DNA of 64,000 nt, from contig NC_042997.1 in NCBI RefSeq assembly GCF_006345805.1, positions 205,344,001 to 205,408,000 on the forward strand, read 5' to 3'. The notes beneath the pieces were generated by a model that had not been told where the DNA came from, searched no databases, and saw nothing but the letters and a program-made list of their open reading frames with translations. This document shows, one piece after another, positions 62,070 to 64,000 of this stretch (positions within the stretch are counted from its first letter, which is position 1; every line of letters begins with the position of its first letter). The position numbers and the translations under genes were made by a program. Origin of the DNA: Octopus sinensis (lineage: Eukaryota).

Positions 62070-64000
62070 ACCTCTACACTTCTCAACATGTTTGTTTCTG
62101 TAGCTGCTCTTTAGCAAAGCAGTTCCTTCCTTCACCACAGTCCTCCATGTTGTTCTGTCCTCAGCCCTCTCTTCCCAGGTGCTGACATCCACCTCACACT
62201 TGGAAAAACTAATTTTGCAAGTGTCCTTATGCCTCAGTTTTGGTCTTCCCCTTGGTCTCTTGCCCTGAGCCAGTTTTCCATAGAGCAGTTGCTTCAGGAT
62301 TCGATGGTCATCCATTCTCCTAACATGCCCCAGCCACCTCAGTCTTCTCATACACAAGAAAGCTGTCATGCTTTGAAGATTTGCCTGCGCCAGCACTTGA
62401 ACACTGGTAACCTTGTCACGCCATGTTAGCCCTAAGATCTTGCGGAAGCATCTGAGATGGAAAATGCCGAGGCACCTTTCCTGTCTGCTGTACAAGGTCC
62501 ATCTTTCAGATCCATAGAGGAATGTGCTGAGAACAAATGCTTCATAAATCCTGATCTTTTTATCTTGATGTCTAATCTCTTCTTCTTCCATACTCGTTTT
62601 GTCAGCCTTCCAAAAGTTGTTGCTGTCTTCCCTATCCTGACATTAATCTCATTCTCAAGTGTAGTAGTAGAGGAAATGGTAGACCCTAGATAGAAGAACC
62701 TGTCCACTGTCTCAAGCTGTTTGTCATCAAGCTTGATATGGTCCTTCACTGTACCCTCCAGAGTGAGGATGACTGTCTTCTTTACACTGATGACCAAACT
62801 GAAGGTTTTGCATGCTGATGATAGGTGGTCCATCATTATTTGTAGATTTAATTCAGTGTGAGCAACAAGTGCCACATCGTTGGCGAAGAGAAAATCTCTT
62901 ATTGTTGCTCTATTGATCTTAGTCTTGGTCTGAAGTCTAGAAAGATCAAAGAGAGACCCATCAGTTCTCCAACAGAGGTAGACATCTGCAACTCTTGAAA
63001 TGCATACTGCAGCAATACAGCAAAGTAAATGCTGATTGGTGCGAAGACACAACCTTGTTTTACTCCGATGTTGATGTTGAGGCTATCTGATATTAAACTC
63101 TCAAACTGAATGGTGGCCTTCATGTCATCATGGAATGAAACAAAGAGCTGCAGTAGTACTGGGGGACAGCCACATTTTCCAAGCACCATGTACAGTCCCG
63201 ATCTGCTGACTGTATCTAATGCCTTTGTCAGATCGACAAATGCTATATATAGTGGGAATTGCTGCTCCCAGCATTTTTCTTGCAGTTGACGAATGGAGAA
63301 GAACATATCCGTTGTTGAGTGGTTAGATCTAAAACCGCACTGGCTCTCTTGTAGTACTCTTTCTGCTGGCTTTTGAAGTCGTTTCATAATGATCCTCACA
63401 AAAGCTTTTCCAGTGATGCTCAGAAGTGAAATGCCTCTGTAATTATTGTAATCTACCTTGTCCTCTTTATTTTTGTAGAGAGTGATGATCTCGGGATCTC
63501 TCGTATCCTGTGGAATTTTCACTTCCAACCAACACGTCTTTAGTAACTTGCATAAATGTGGAAGGAGGGCATCTTTGTTCTCTTTCAATACTTCAGCAGG
63601 TATATTGTCATTTCCAGGTGTTTTTCCGCTGGCAAGTTCATTGATTGCAGTGGAGAGTTCTTCTTCCGTTGGTGGTATATCAAGTTCTGTCATTTCGGGG
63701 AGTTGAGGAATGGCCTCATCAAGCTGTCTATCAACATCTTGCTCCTTTGTGTCTTCTTGTCAATCAGCTGGTTACCTGTTGCAGACTTGAGAGGTGCCAC
63801 TTTACTCACTGTTGGTGCGATAGCAACTCTAATCTTTTCAAACATTTTCCTGACGTTACCCATGTCACTCACCTGTTGAATTTCTAAGCATAAGTTATCC
63901 CACGCTGGTTGGCACATTTTCTAGTTTCTTTTGGAAGGTTGGATTTTGCAGCACGTAGCTGTTGCTTTCTACTTTCTATTGGCTTTCTCTTGTGCTTTAT
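62070..64000 (-). mobile_element. RTE (BovB-like) LINE RT and C-terminus, degraded
   Basis: GKTPGNDNIPAE, NYRGISLLS, ESQCGFR, AFVDLTKALDTV, GVKQGCVFAP and LRWLGHVRRMDD...GKRPRGRPK. Confidence 0.92.

Overview
Eukaryotic, AT-rich, repeat-dense DNA. The SINE, LINE and microsatellite content suggests an octopod cephalopod (inference). It contains two host genes, both on the minus strand. (1) Eight exons of a PARP14/PARP15-like tandem-macrodomain gene, which I assembled by hand from GT-AG sites and codon phase: 44504-44640, 43982-44209, 42501-42728, 33758-33803, 29177-29313, 28668-28895, 27841-28068, 20414-20468. The two macrodomain modules are a recent internal duplication with mostly amino-acid-changing differences, and the last exon has an in-frame TAA. 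(2) The start of an unidentified signal-peptide protein (ATG at 499) that runs off the window edge. Most of the rest is transposon debris: RTE, R4/Dong-type, CR1 and Penelope-like retroelements, tRNA-derived SINEs, three Helitrons, Tc1/mariner, hAT, a Gypsy remnant, a long-TIR element, and a young 2.75-kb non-autonomous LTR element with a tRNA-Trp primer site. The most unusual signal is a set of hammerhead-ribozyme cores in Penelope-type repeats. Three of them have their strands in reversed (non-circularly permuted) order with fully covarying stems, and two sit in a tRNA-headed SINE. There are also several local inverted duplications and a 100-N assembly gap at 50027-50126. All alignments, counts and folds were done by eye.
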